In this document: positions 41,931 through 53,148 of the stretch, piece by piece
How positions within the stretch are numbered: the first letter of the stretch is position 1
Layout: each line of letters opens with the position of its first letter
From: Pseudomonadota bacterium
GTDB taxonomy: Bacteria; Pseudomonadota; Gammaproteobacteria; QQUJ01
Direction of reading: 5' to 3'
DNA length: 64,000 bases
Assembly: GCA_008501635.1 (NCBI GenBank)
Contig: QQUJ01000018.1
Coordinates: forward strand, 248,680 to 312,679
The notes under the pieces: generated by a model
Seen by the model: the letters and a program-made list of their open reading frames with translations, nothing else
Database searches by the model: none
Told to the model about the DNA's origin: nothing
Position numbers and translations under genes: made by a program

Positions 41931-42161
41931 TAATAGGGCATGCTAGACTTACTCGAAGGTGGATTCCGGTCTTGCCGGATCTCACCGTCCTCGGGGGAGG
42001 GTTAAGTCGAAGGTTTTACCCGGAGTACTGCTGCTTCGCGCTGTCACATGGGCAAGAGAAGCGCGCTGCACAATGGCAGTCCGGCGTTTTCCGTTGTATG
42101 CCATATCCCCGTGTAACACAATCAACACATAACTCGGTAAAACCGCCGCGAGGGGATTTCT

Positions 42162-45100
42162 ATGGCCACCGTTAACAAGATCACGTTGGAGGGTAATGAG
42201 GCGGCAGCCGCCATTGCACACCTTTGCAGTGATGTCATCGCTATCTATCCCATAACTCCGTCCTCGGCAATGGGGGAGTTCTGCGACGCATGGTCGGCCG
42301 AAGGCCGGGGCAACCTGTGGGGCAGCGTTCCTGAGGTGATCGAGATGCAGAGCGAAGCGGGTGCGGCAGGTGCCATTCATGGCGCGCTGCAAACTGGTGC
42401 ACTGGCGACCACCTTCACCGCCTCGCAGGGGTTGCTGCTGATGATCCCGAATATGTACAAGATCTCGGGTGAACTGACATCGGCGGTGATGCACGTCTCC
42501 GCGCGCGCGCTGGCGGCGCACGCCCTCTCCATTTTTGGTGATCATAGCGACGTGATGTCAGTGCGCTCGACCGGCTGGGCGCTGTTGGCTTCCAACTCCG
42601 TGCAGGAGGTGATGGACCTTGCCCTGGTTGCTCATGCGGCCACACTGGAAGCCCGCATGCCGATTCTCCATTTTTTTGATGGCTTCCGCACTTCGCATGA
42701 GGTGAGCAAGATCGATGAGGTCGGCAGAGACGTGGTGCGTGCAATGATTCGTGACGACCTTGTCCAAGCCCATCGCGCACGCGGTTTGTCTCCCGAGCGC
42801 CCGGTTATCCGCGGTACGGCGCAAAACCCTGATGTCTATTTCCAGGCCCGTGAGGCATCCAATCCCTATTACGCGAAGATGCCGGCCATCGTCCAGAAGA
42901 CGATGGACAGATTTGCCGAGTTGACAGGCCGCCAGTATCACCTGTTCGATTATTTCGGTGCAGCTGATGCCGAGCGGGTGATCGTCATGATGGGCTCGGG
43001 CGCTGAGGCGGTCGAGGAGGTAGTCGAGACGCTCAACGATCAGGGCGCAAAGGTGGGTCTGCTCAAGGTGCGGCTCTATCGGCCTTTTGCAACGCAGGCA
43101 TTTCTTGCCGCACTGCCCGCAACGGTCAAGCGGATCGCTGTGCTCGATCGCAATAAAGAGCCGGGTGCTGATGGTGAACCGCTATACAAGGATGTGGTAA
43201 CGGCGTTGGCCACCGACCTTACCGGCGCCGCACCTCGATTCAGCACTCTACCGCGCATAGTGGGTGGCCGTTATGGATTGGCATCAAAAGAGTTCAATCC
43301 CCAGATGATCAAGGGCATCTACGATGAATTGGCCAAAGAGGCGCCCAAGAACGACTTCACCGTGGGTATCATCGATGATGTTTGCTACACCAGCCTCGAA
43401 ATAGATGCCGATTTCCAGGTCGATAACGTCGAAGGCCTGACCCGTGCTGTCTTTTACGGTCTGGGATCGGACGGCACGGTGAGCGCCAACAAGAACACCA
43501 TCAAGATCATCGGCGAAGAGACCGATCTGTACGCCCAGGGGTACTTTGTCTACGACTCGAAAAAGGCGGGCGCCGTAACGGTGTCGCACCTGCGTTTCAG
43601 TCCCAGGAAGATTCGTTCCAGCTACCTGATCAGCGACAACGAAGCCAACTTTGTTGCGTGCCATCAACCAGGCTTCCTGGAGCGGTATCCGATGCTCGAC
43701 AAAGCGGCTCAAGGCGCGGTGTTTTTGCTTAACTCCCCTGTCGGCCCTGAGGCGGTATGGAATACCTTGCCGCGCCGCATGCAGCAACAGATTATCGACA
43801 AGCAGATCAGCTTCTATACGATCGATGCGATTGCCGTGGCTCGTGAAACCGGTATGGGGGCACGCATCAACACTGTGATGCAGACGTGCTTTTTCGCCAT
43901 CTCGGGCATTCTGCCCAAAGATCAGGCCATCGCTTCAATCAAGCACGCGGTCGAGAAGACTTATGGCACCAAGGGCAAGGCGATCGTTGAGCGCAACTTT
44001 GCAGCTATCGACACGACATTGGCCCGCATGTTCCAGGTTGAGGTTCCGGATGCCGTCACCAGCACCATGGAACTGACGCCACCGGTTTCTGACAAGGCGC
44101 CGGATTTCGTCAAGAAGGTGACGGGCGAGCTGATTGCCGGTCGCGGTGATGCCTTGCCGGTGAGTCTGATCCCGATCGATGGGACGTTCCCTGTCGGGAC
44201 AGCACGCTGGGACAAGCGCAACCTGGCATTGGAAATTCCGGTCTGGGAGGAGGATCTGTGCATCTTTTGCGGCAAATGTGCCATGGTCTGCCCGCACTCG
44301 GCCATTCGTTGCAAGGTCTTTCAGGCGGACGACGTGGCGAATGCCCCGCAGACCTTCAAGTACACCGAGGTAAAGGGCAAGGAGTTCGACGAGGGTACGC
44401 TGATTACCTATCAGGTGTTTCCGGAGGATTGCACCGGTTGCACCTTATGCGTGGATATCTGCCCTGCCAAGAGCAAAGAGAACACTTCGTTCAAGGCGCT
44501 CAATATGGCACCGCAAGCCCCGCTGCGTGAGCAGGAGACTGAGAATCTGGAGTTTTTCTACACCCTGCCGAGTTTCGACCGCACTCAGGTGCGCCCCAAT
44601 ACGCTGAAGAGTGCAATGCTGTTCGATACGCTCTTTGAGACCTCGGGCGCCTGTGTCGGCTGCGGTGAAACCCCCTATGTGAAGCTGGTCAGCCAGTTGT
44701 TCGGGGACCGCGCTATTGTCGCCAACGCTACCGGCTGCTCCTCCATCTATGGTGGGAATCTGCCGAGCACGCCGTGGGCTGCAAACGCCGATGGGCGCGG
44801 CGTCGCTTGGTCTAATTCACTCTTTGAGGACAACGCGGAATTTGGACTGGGCTTCCGATTGACGATCGATAAGCAGCGCGAGTATGCGAACGAACTGATA
44901 CAGACACTGGCAGACCAGATCGGCGCGGAACTGATCGACGGGCTGCTCAACGCGGATCAGTCCGATGAAGCCGGTATCCATGAGCAACGCGAGCGGGTGG
45001 CCGAGCTCAAGTCGAAGATTCAGGGCATCGATCGGCCTGAGGCTCGCGAGCTGGAGAGCGTTGCAGACATGCTGGTCAAGAAGAGCGTCTGGATCATCGG

Positions 45101-45755
45101 CGGGGATGGCTGGGCCTACGACATCGGTTTCAACGGCCTCGACCACACTATGGCCTCCGGTCGCAATGTCAACATTCTGGTGCTCGACACCGAGGTCTAT
45201 TCCAATACCGGTGGTCAGGCCTCGAAGGCGACGCCGATCGGGGCCGTGGCAAAATTCGCCATGGGCGGTAAGGAGTTGGGCAAGAAAGATATCGTCCAGA
45301 TTGCCATGAGCTATGGTCATGTCTACGTGGCGCAGGTGGCCTATGGCGCGAAAGATGTGCAAACGCTCAAGGCGTTTCTCGAGGCGGAGGCCTATGATGG
45401 GCCGTCGCTGATCATTGCCTATTCACCCTGTGTCGAGCATGGTGTGCCGATGGCGCAGAATCACCAACAGCAGGAGCTGGCGGTCAACACCGGACACTGG
45501 AACCTGTTGCGCTACGATCCGCGGCGCCTCAAAGAGGGCAAGAACCCCCTGCAACTCGATTCCAAGAAACCCTCCATACCGCTCAAGGAGTTTGTGGGTT
45601 CCGAGACGCGCTTCAGCATGTTGTGGCGGACCGATGCCGAAAAGGCGGATAGATTGCTGGGTATCAGCCAACGCAAGGTCGAGGACCGCTATCATTACTA
45701 CGAGCAGCTGGCCGGACTCGACTACGGTAATGAGGAGGAAGAGGCGCCCAATTAG
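42162..45755 (+). CDS. nifJ: pyruvate:ferredoxin (flavodoxin) oxidoreductase, single-polypeptide type
   Basis: 1197 aa. Its N-terminus is of the YdbK/NifJ type (LEGNEAAAAIAHLCSDVIAIYPITPSS), and it has two 4Fe-4S ferredoxin motifs (CIFCGKCAMVCP, CTGCTLCVDICP) and a TPP-binding region. A GAGGGGA Shine-Dalgarno precedes the ATG. Confidence 0.9.
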   Translation: MATVNKITLEGNEAAAAIAHLCSDVIAIYPITPSSAMGEFCDAWSAEGRGNLWGSVPEVIEMQSEAGAAGAIHGALQTGALATTFTASQGLLLMIPNMYKISGELTSAVMHVSARALAAHALSIFGDHSDVMSVRSTGWALLASNSVQEVMDLALVAHAATLEARMPILHFFDGFRTSHEVSKIDEVGRDVVRAMIRDDLVQAHRARGLSPERPVIRGTAQNPDVYFQAREASNPYYAKMPAIVQKTMDRFAELTGRQYHLFDYFGAADAERVIVMMGSGAEAVEEVVETLNDQGAKVGLLKVRLYRPFATQAFLAALPATVKRIAVLDRNKEPGADGEPLYKDVVTALATDLTGAAPRFSTLPRIVGGRYGLASKEFNPQMIKGIYDELAKEAPKNDFTVGIIDDVCYTSLEIDADFQVDNVEGLTRAVFYGLGSDGTVSANKNTIKIIGEETDLYAQGYFVYDSKKAGAVTVSHLRFSPRKIRSSYLISDNEANFVACHQPGFLERYPMLDKAAQGAVFLLNSPVGPEAVWNTLPRRMQQQIIDKQISFYTIDAIAVARETGMGARINTVMQTCFFAISGILPKDQAIASIKHAVEKTYGTKGKAIVERNFAAIDTTLARMFQVEVPDAVTSTMELTPPVSDKAPDFVKKVTGELIAGRGDALPVSLIPIDGTFPVGTARWDKRNLALEIPVWEEDLCIFCGKCAMVCPHSAIRCKVFQADDVANAPQTFKYTEVKGKEFDEGTLITYQVFPEDCTGCTLCVDICPAKSKENTSFKALNMAPQAPLREQETENLEFFYTLPSFDRTQVRPNTLKSAMLFDTLFETSGACVGCGETPYVKLVSQLFGDRAIVANATGCSSIYGGNLPSTPWAANADGRGVAWSNSLFEDNAEFGLGFRLTIDKQREYANELIQTLADQIGAELIDGLLNADQSDEAGIHEQRERVAELKSKIQGIDRPEARELESVADMLVKKSVWIIGGDGWAYDIGFNGLDHTMASGRNVNILVLDTEVYSNTGGQASKATPIGAVAKFAMGGKELGKKDIVQIAMSYGHVYVAQVAYGAKDVQTLKAFLEAEAYDGPSLIIAYSPCVEHGVPMAQNHQQQELAVNTGHWNLLRYDPRRLKEGKNPLQLDSKKPSIPLKEFVGSETRFSMLWRTDAEKADRLLGISQRKVEDRYHYYEQLAGLDYGNEEEEAPN

Positions 45756-45867
45756 CCGATTCCCGCGAGCTGGTTGGTGCACAGCACTAAGGTAGAGCGG
45801 CGCCCGCGCCAAGCGTGCCGGTTCTGCTGCGTATAACGAAAGACCCATCCGTGAGAGGGCATAACTT

Positions 45868-46878
45868 ATGAATCTGAGCACCAAGTACTTGGGGCTAACC
45901 CTAGAGAATCCACTGGTCGTCTCGGCCTCTCCTTTGTCGCGCAGTCTCGACGACACCAAGAAACTGGAGGAGGCCGGGGCCGCCGCTGTCGTAATGTACT
46001 CCTTTTTTGAAGAGGAGTTGCTCAACGAGCAGGAGAGAATCGATTTTTTCCTTGCGCATCAAGAGTTCGGCAATCCTGAATCGAGTACCCGGCTTGGCAT
46101 CCCCGACAGTTACCGCACCGGCCTCGACGAATATCTGGAGCAGCTGGCTGCGCTCAAAAAGAACTTGAGCATTCCGGTTATCGCCAGCCTCAATGGTGTT
46201 TCCACGACCGGCTGGGTGCGGCATGGCAAGCAGTTGCAGGAGGCGGGCGCCGATGCACTTGAGCTGAATGCCTATTACATCGCCGCCAATACCGAGGAGA
46301 CCGGCGTCGAGGTGGAGATGCAGTACGTCGAGTTGCTCAAGGAGCTGCGCAAGGAAGTTTCCATTCCGGTAGCCATGAAAATTTCGCCGCAATTCAGTTC
46401 CATCGCCAATATGGCGCGGCGCCTGGAACAGGCCGGGGCGGATGGGTTGGTCATGTTCAATCGGTTTTACCAACCCGATATCGACCTTGAGACGCTGGCG
46501 GTGACGCCGGTTTTGCGCCTTTCAAACTCCGAGGAGTTGCCGTTGGCGATACGTTGGGTAGCCCTTTTATACGGAAGACTCAATCTCTCATTTGCCGTCA
46601 CCGGCGGGGTGCATAGCCATGAGGATGTGTTGAAGGCACTACTCGCGGGCGCCAACGTGGCGCAGCTTTGCAGCGTGCTGCTCAAGCACGGTCCCGGTAA
46701 GATCACCGAGATCCTCGACGGATTGCGCAACTGGTTGCAGGAACGGGAGTATGAGTCGCTGGCGCAGCTGATCGGCAGCGTAAGTCAAAAGCACACGGAC
46801 AAGCCTACCGATTTTGAGCGGTCAAACTATATGCGGGTACTCGATACCTTTACGGTGCCGCGCGGGGTGTGGTCTTGA
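45868..46878 (+). CDS. dihydroorotate dehydrogenase-like TIM-barrel flavoprotein (class-1 PyrD-like)
   Basis: 336 aa with the DHOD/DHPD fold pattern (VIASLNG, FNRFYQPDIDLETL, VTGGVHSHED). It lies 112 nt downstream of the PFOR gene, and a terminator follows. Confidence 0.55.
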   Translation: MNLSTKYLGLTLENPLVVSASPLSRSLDDTKKLEEAGAAAVVMYSFFEEELLNEQERIDFFLAHQEFGNPESSTRLGIPDSYRTGLDEYLEQLAALKKNLSIPVIASLNGVSTTGWVRHGKQLQEAGADALELNAYYIAANTEETGVEVEMQYVELLKELRKEVSIPVAMKISPQFSSIANMARRLEQAGADGLVMFNRFYQPDIDLETLAVTPVLRLSNSEELPLAIRWVALLYGRLNLSFAVTGGVHSHEDVLKALLAGANVAQLCSVLLKHGPGKITEILDGLRNWLQEREYESLAQLIGSVSQKHTDKPTDFERSNYMRVLDTFTVPRGVWS

Positions 46879-46888
46879 TTTGATATGG

Positions 46889-46917
46889 CAGAGCCGACAC
46901 GGCTCTGTTTCTTATTT
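46889..46917 (+). terminator. rho-independent terminator (CAGAGCCG-acac-CGGCTCTG + TTTCTTATTT) after the DHOD-like gene
   Basis: A perfect 8-bp stem with a T-rich tail. Confidence 0.75.
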
Positions 46918-47649
46918 GCGGGACGGTACTTCGCCCACGGTGATCTTGCGCAGGCTTAGGCGGGCGTGTTCCGCGCCTTTGCGATATTGCACGATCCGTA
47001 CCGGCGCATAGCCCCACTGCGGTGCGCACCAGAACTCGGTGTAGCGTTCGGCGTGGCCTCGATCACGTTTGATGCGGATCGTTTCCACGAGTCCAAGGGG
47101 CGTCTCGATGGTCTCGCGGCCTGCAACCTTGAAGTGATAATCCTTGAGTGTCCCGCCATCGGCGATGTGATAGTTCATCGCTTGCCTGCCCTGATCGAGA
47201 TCAAGCATCAACGCCAGCTGAACCGCCAGTTTGTCCAAAGTGCCGGAGGGAATAGCCATCACCCACGGATCTTCGTTGATCGTATTGATGACCTGCGCTT
47301 TAAGCCAGTCGAACTCGAGGAGCACCTCACGCTCCTTGCGCCCTGTGCGCCGGTAGATGTAGTGCGCGGGGCGGATCTGGTCGCTGGAAAAACTTCCTTC
47401 GCTACGCTCTTCGATGTTTCCACCCACCAGTCGCCCGATAAAGCCTGTGGCGCGGCTGGAGGAGGTGTAGCGGTAGGTCTGCTCGCCATAGTGTTCGAGA
47501 GTTAACCGCGTCTCCCCCACGATTGTCGTGCCGCTGCTCAATGTGTAAGTGGCGTCGAAAGGAATCAGGCTGGCGGCCAGAGTGAGATGGCCCGTTCCGA
47601 GCGCGAGCGCTGTGGTCGCTATCGTAATAAGCCGTCTGTTTAGCGGCAC
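46912..47649 (-). CDS. DUF3108-family protein with a signal peptide
   Basis: A GTG start (GAGGG Shine-Dalgarno) gives MPLNRRLITIATTALALG.... It lies downstream of purN, as I recall for Pseudomonas-type genomes. Confidence 0.55.
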   Translation of the reverse strand: MPLNRRLITIATTALALGTGHLTLAASLIPFDATYTLSSGTTIVGETRLTLEHYGEQTYRYTSSSRATGFIGRLVGGNIEERSEGSFSSDQIRPAHYIYRRTGRKEREVLLEFDWLKAQVINTINEDPWVMAIPSGTLDKLAVQLALMLDLDQGRQAMNYHIADGGTLKDYHFKVAGRETIETPLGLVETIRIKRDRGHAERYTEFWCAPQWGYAPVRIVQYRKGAEHARLSLRKITVGEVPSRK

Positions 47650-47680
47650 GGCAATCCCTCTCGAGTGTGACCGGACCAAA

Positions 47681-48337
47681 TCAACCGGCAAAGACAGGGG
47701 GGGTCGCCAGGGGCAGACCGTCCAGCAGCACACGGTTTCCTGTCACGCGCAGGCGACCTTCCGCAAACCAGCGAACTGCTAGGGGGTATATAAGATGCTC
47801 CTGTGTGAGCACTCGGGCTGCGAGTGCATCCGCATCGTCACCGTTCAGGACCGGTACCTGGGCCTGCACCACCACGGGTCCTCCATCCAATTCGTTGGTG
47901 ACGAAGTGCACACTGCAGCCGTGCACTGTATCGCCCGCCTCCAATGCACGCTGGTGAGTATGCAGGCCCCGATACTTGGGCAACAGCGAAGGGTGGATGT
48001 TGAGCATCCGATCCGCATAGTGATCGATGATGTCCTTGCCCAGAATGCGCATGAATCCTGCCAGGACCACCAACCGGGGGCTGAAGCGGTCAATCGCCTG
48101 CATCAGTGCCCGGTCGAAACTGTCGCGATCAGGGTGGTTCTCATGATCGATGATAACGGTTTCGATACCGGCCTTTATTGCGCGGTCTAATCCGGTTGCA
48201 TGAGGGCGATTGCTGACGACCGCCACCAGATCAGCCGCAAGATTGCCTTGCCGGGCGGCGTCGATCAACGCCTGCAGATTGCTGCCCCGTCCTGAGATAA
48301 GGGCGACCACGCGGGTTGCCCCCTCTGCCGAGGTCAT
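47681..48337 (-). CDS. purN: phosphoribosylglycinamide formyltransferase
   Basis: [12 protein letters not shown]-terminus and an HPSLLP motif; 218 aa. Its ATG overlaps the purM stop. Confidence 0.9.
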   Translation of the reverse strand: MTSAEGATRVVALISGRGSNLQALIDAARQGNLAADLVAVVSNRPHATGLDRAIKAGIETVIIDHENHPDRDSFDRALMQAIDRFSPRLVVLAGFMRILGKDIIDHYADRMLNIHPSLLPKYRGLHTHQRALEAGDTVHGCSVHFVTNELDGGPVVVQAQVPVLNGDDADALAARVLTQEHLIYPLAVRWFAEGRLRVTGNRVLLDGLPLATPPVFAG

Positions 48338-49407
48338 CGATAGACCACTTTAGGGTGTTCGCTGTCAGATGCCTCAACCGTGCCGATCAGGTGCGGGGTC
48401 TCGCCAAGTTCGCGCAGAGTCGTGAGAACGCCCTCGCAGTCGGCGGCGCTTACACAAACAATCATCCCTAATCCGCAATTGAAGGTGCGTAACATCTCCT
48501 CGTCGCTGATATCGCCCTGCGCTTGCAGCCACTCGAAAATCGGAAGCCGCGGAATTTTCTGCCGTTCGATGATGGCATTACAGCGATCCGGCAATACACG
48601 CGGTAAATTCTCTGTGATACCTCCCCCGGTAATGTGGGCAAGCGCATGTATCGGATGTTTGGCAAGGGTCGCCAGCAGTGACCGGACGTAGATCCGTGTC
48701 GGTTCCAGTAGTGTTTCGCCGAGCGTTCGCCCCGCAAAGGGTGCGCTCAGGTCGGCGCTACACACTTCGAGTATTTTACGGATCAGCGAATAACCGTTGG
48801 AGTGAGGTCCTGAGGACTCCAGCCCGATCAGGACATCGCCCGGTGCGACCCGGCTGCCATCGATAATGGCGTCGCGTTCGACTATCCCCACTGCGAAACC
48901 CGCCAGATCGTAGTCGCCGCTAGCGTACATGCCGGGCATCTCGGCGGTTTCGCCCCCGATCAGGGCGGCTCCTGCCAATTCGCACCCACGGCCGATGCCG
49001 CTGATTACCTGAGTGGCCGTCTCCAGATCAAGTTTTCCCGAAGCGTAATAGTCGAGGAAAAAGAGCGGTTCCGCGCCCTGCACCACGATGTCGTTGACAC
49101 ACATGGCCACCAGATCGATGCCCACCGTATCGTGCTTGCCGGTTTCAATGGCCAGGGCGAGCTTGGTTCCCACACCATCCGTACTTGAGACCAGGACGGG
49201 GTGACGGTAGCGCTCAAGGGGAAGTGCGAACAGTGCACCGAAACCACCGAGACCCGTCAGCACCTCAGGTCGTGCTGTGCGGGCGGCTATGGGTTTGATG
49301 CGATCGACAAACCGGTTTCCGGCATCAATATCGACACCAGCGTCGCGATAGCTGATTGAGGGCTTCTTCCGGGTGGGAGGGCTGCCTGATTTGTCTTCAG
49401 AACTCAC
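48334..49407 (-). CDS. purM: phosphoribosylformylglycinamidine cyclo-ligase (AIR synthetase)
   Basis: [14 protein letters not shown]-terminus and a full-length PurM alignment. The start was set at the GTG at 49407 (AGGAG Shine-Dalgarno); the ORF-track ORF carries 24 extra N-terminal codons without homology. Confidence 0.9.
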   Translation of the reverse strand: MSSEDKSGSPPTRKKPSISYRDAGVDIDAGNRFVDRIKPIAARTARPEVLTGLGGFGALFALPLERYRHPVLVSSTDGVGTKLALAIETGKHDTVGIDLVAMCVNDIVVQGAEPLFFLDYYASGKLDLETATQVISGIGRGCELAGAALIGGETAEMPGMYASGDYDLAGFAVGIVERDAIIDGSRVAPGDVLIGLESSGPHSNGYSLIRKILEVCSADLSAPFAGRTLGETLLEPTRIYVRSLLATLAKHPIHALAHITGGGITENLPRVLPDRCNAIIERQKIPRLPIFEWLQAQGDISDEEMLRTFNCGLGMIVCVSAADCEGVLTTLRELGETPHLIGTVEASDSEHPKVVYR

Positions 49408-49702
49408 TAGGGCTCCTGGCTGTTCGTTCAGTCGAATGGGACACGGGTGCGGCCCTGGTGACACAATCGGGCCGCGCACGATTATATGCTATCTTTATCC
49501 GGATTTCTCACCGGCCGGGGTTGCGGCGTAGTGGCGGTTTGCTGGCATATCTGGCCGGTTGCGTTTTGGCGATCGGGTTGCGCTGACTGAACTCGGATGG
49601 TGTGGATCGATAACCTTAGTTTGAGTCACATACTCGCCCGTAATTACTGTGTCATGATTGTAGCCTTCAACCACACCGGATCTTTGTTTAGTGAGTGCAT
49701 GC

Positions 49703-50800
49703 ATGAGTCGGTCTAAGGGTTTGCTGCTTACCTGGATGTGCCTGCTGCTGTTTAGCGGATCGCTCCAGGCGGGGAAGGTGGGGAATCTCTATCAGTCCAC
49801 GGTGCCTGTTACCGGGCAGGATACCAATGAGCGTAGTGCGGCGATCGCGACAGCGTTGACTCAAGTGCTCATCAAGGTGACCGGGGAGTCGCGCCTGGAG
49901 GAGCGACCCGAAACGCGTGGGCTGCTAAGCGGTGCCTCCGGGTTTGTCCAACAGTATCGGTACGAGAAACGATCCCACCCCTCACCCTTGCCTGATCAGG
50001 CGCCAGTGGATGCGCTATACCTCCACGTTCAATTCGATAGCAATGCGATTAACGAGGCTCTGCGCAAACGTGGGTTGCCGGTCTGGGGCGATGTGCGTCC
50101 GAGCACCTTGATCTGGTTGGCAGTGGAACAGGGCGCGCAGCGTTATCTCGTGGCCGCCGATTCGGAACCTGGGATCGTCACCGAACTGCGGGAGGCGTCT
50201 GCCCGGAGAGGCATACCCATTCTTTTGCCGTTGCTCGACCTGGAAGATCAGGCAGCGCTCTCCGTCGCTGATGTGTGGGGTAATTTTCGGGCCTCTGTGC
50301 TCAAGGCTTCCGCGCGTTATCAGCCCGACGCGGTTCTCGTTGGGCGGATCTATCGCCAGAGTGACGGGCTTTGGGAGGCGGCCTGGGCTTTCTATCATGA
50401 CGGGAACTCGTCAAGCTGGATCTCAAGCGGAGCGCTTTCATCGCAAGTGCTCGCTCAGGGATTGGAGGGTACTGCGGATCTGCTGGCGGCTCGATTCGCC
50501 CCTATCGGCTTGTCGCTTTCAGGGGGCGAATTTCTACTGCGCGTGGAAGCTGTCGACTCACTCGAGGATTATGCGCGACTCCATCGGTATTTGGGTGCGT
50601 TGCAACCCATAAAATCTCTTACTCCGGATAGGATTACGGCGGGTGAAGTACAGTTTCGAGTAACCCTGGAAGGGGATTATCGAATCCTCCAGCAAGTCAT
50701 CGGATTGACCAATCAGCTGCAACCAATAGCTGCCGCTGGTGGCTCGGCATCCTTGGAGCAGCCGATCCTGCCAACCCTGCGCTATCGCTTGGTGCAATGA
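49703..50800 (+). CDS. DUF2066-family secreted protein
   Basis: Signal peptide (MSRSKGLLLTWMCLLLFSGSLQAG). It is divergent from purM, as in Pseudomonas-like loci. The start is the ATG at 49703 or the GTG at 49691. Confidence 0.55.
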   Translation: MSRSKGLLLTWMCLLLFSGSLQAGKVGNLYQSTVPVTGQDTNERSAAIATALTQVLIKVTGESRLEERPETRGLLSGASGFVQQYRYEKRSHPSPLPDQAPVDALYLHVQFDSNAINEALRKRGLPVWGDVRPSTLIWLAVEQGAQRYLVAADSEPGIVTELREASARRGIPILLPLLDLEDQAALSVADVWGNFRASVLKASARYQPDAVLVGRIYRQSDGLWEAAWAFYHDGNSSSWISSGALSSQVLAQGLEGTADLLAARFAPIGLSLSGGEFLLRVEAVDSLEDYARLHRYLGALQPIKSLTPDRITAGEVQFRVTLEGDYRILQQVIGLTNQLQPIAAAGGSASLEQPILPTLRYRLVQ

Positions 50801-51363
50801 TTTCGCGACGTGACATCCCCAACCTGCTGACGGTCCTGCGCATCTTGCTCGTCGGCCCTGTCATCTGGTTGCTCGCTGAAGAGCGCTATGGTCAGGCGTT
50901 GCTGGTGTTTGCCATAGCCGGTGTCTCTGATGGCCTGGATGGCTATTTGGCTAAACGCAACGGATGGATAACCAGGCTCGGATCGTTTCTCGATCCCTTG
51001 GCGGACAAGATGTTGTTGGTGGGCAGCTATGTGGCTTTAGGTTGGACGGGTCTGTTGCCGGTATGGCTGGTTCTGCTGATTTTGGGGCGCGATTTGGTGA
51101 TCGTCAGCGGGGCATTGGCATTCCACTTACTTGTTGGGCGGTTCGAAGCGGAGCCCACGGCCATCAGCAAGATAAACACCTTCACTCAGATCGTGCTGGT
51201 GTTGTTGGTGGTGTCGGGAGAACTCGTCGCAGGGATTCCAACGACCGCTATCGAGGCGGTGACCTTCTGCGTCGTGGTTACGACGATTGCCAGCGGCGTG
51301 GGGTATGTCTGGGCATGGAGCCAGCGTGCGCATCGTGTGTCGAGGGAGGACAGGACTCGCTGA
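50797..51363 (+). CDS. CDP-alcohol phosphatidyltransferase family protein
   Basis: D-G-x2-A-R...G-x3-D-x3-D signature (DGLDGYLAKRNG...FLDPLADK), multiple TM helices, and ATGA overlap with the upstream gene. Confidence 0.75.
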   Translation: MISRRDIPNLLTVLRILLVGPVIWLLAEERYGQALLVFAIAGVSDGLDGYLAKRNGWITRLGSFLDPLADKMLLVGSYVALGWTGLLPVWLVLLILGRDLVIVSGALAFHLLVGRFEAEPTAISKINTFTQIVLVLLVVSGELVAGIPTTAIEAVTFCVVVTTIASGVGYVWAWSQRAHRVSREDRTR

Positions 51364-52059
51364 TCAGTGCAACTGGTTCAGCGCCTGCCTTACAAAAGGA
51401 ATCGTGAGACGGCGTTGCTCGACGAGCGATGCCTCGTCCAGTTGGTTCAATAGGTCGAACAGAACTCCCAGGTCGCGCGGATAACGCGATAACAGGAAAC
51501 ACCCCACCTCATCACTCAGTTCCAAACCTCGATTGCGCGCGCGTAATTGGAGCGCGCTCAAACGGGCGCTGTCGTCCAACAATCGCAGACGATACACAAG
51601 GCCAGCGTCGAGTCTTGAGCGCAGATCGGGAAGTCGGATTCCGAGTGCTTCGGGCGTATTGGAAGCGGCGACCACGATCTGCGTCGATTGCTCGCGGGCC
51701 GCGTTCACAAGATGAAACAAAGCGTGCTCCCATTGATCTGATCCGGCAACGCGGTGCAGGTCATCGATTGCGATGAGATCGAGGTGTTCAAGACCATTCA
51801 ATGCTTCCGGTTGAAGAGATTCAGTCGTTGCGAAGGAGAGATAGACGGGGCTGAGCTGCAGGTCCGCGGCGAGATGGCAGGCGGCCTGTAACAGATGCGT
51901 CTTGCCGCTGCCCGTGCCGCCGTACAAAGCAAACAATCCGCTGTCGTTCTGCCCAATATGTTGCCTAAGAGTGGCAACGATCTCCTCATTAGGGCCAGTA
52001 AAAAAGGTGTCAAAGGTCGTCGAGTCAGGCAGCACTATGCCTAGAGGTAGCTGGCGCAT
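51364..52059 (-). CDS. hda: DnaA regulatory inactivator Hda
   Basis: 231 aa with a Walker A (GGTGSGKTHLLQA) and a DnaA-like AAA+ domain without the DNA-binding domain. Confidence 0.85.
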   Translation of the reverse strand: MRQLPLGIVLPDSTTFDTFFTGPNEEIVATLRQHIGQNDSGLFALYGGTGSGKTHLLQAACHLAADLQLSPVYLSFATTESLQPEALNGLEHLDLIAIDDLHRVAGSDQWEHALFHLVNAAREQSTQIVVAASNTPEALGIRLPDLRSRLDAGLVYRLRLLDDSARLSALQLRARNRGLELSDEVGCFLLSRYPRDLGVLFDLLNQLDEASLVEQRRLTIPFVRQALNQLH

Positions 52060-52077
52060 GTTAAGCAGGGATTCCGC

Positions 52078-53041
<964 letters not shown>

Positions 53042-53148
53042 GGTGAACTCCGCGGAAATTTCGATAGTTTAGAGGCAAGTGCCTGATCTTGACGCTGTAT
53101 AGGGTGGGTGATAGGGTCCGTTCACCCATACTGTCACCAAGCCCGAAC

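Noticed and set aside
42118-42132. Possible FNR half-site (TTGAT) upstream of the PFOR gene
   Set aside because: Only one half-site matches; the partner ATCAA at N4 spacing is absent.
41982-42545. 187-aa minus ORF overlapping the PFOR 5' end, and small ORFs in the 41619-42161 intergenic region
   Set aside because: It is antisense to the PFOR N-terminus or lies in the promoter region, with biased R/G composition and no homology.
48334-49479. Longer 381-aa version of purM starting [14 protein letters not shown]
   Set aside because: The N-terminal 24 codons have no PurM homology. An in-frame GTG at 49407 with an AGGAG Shine-Dalgarno gives the canonical [13 protein letters not shown] start.
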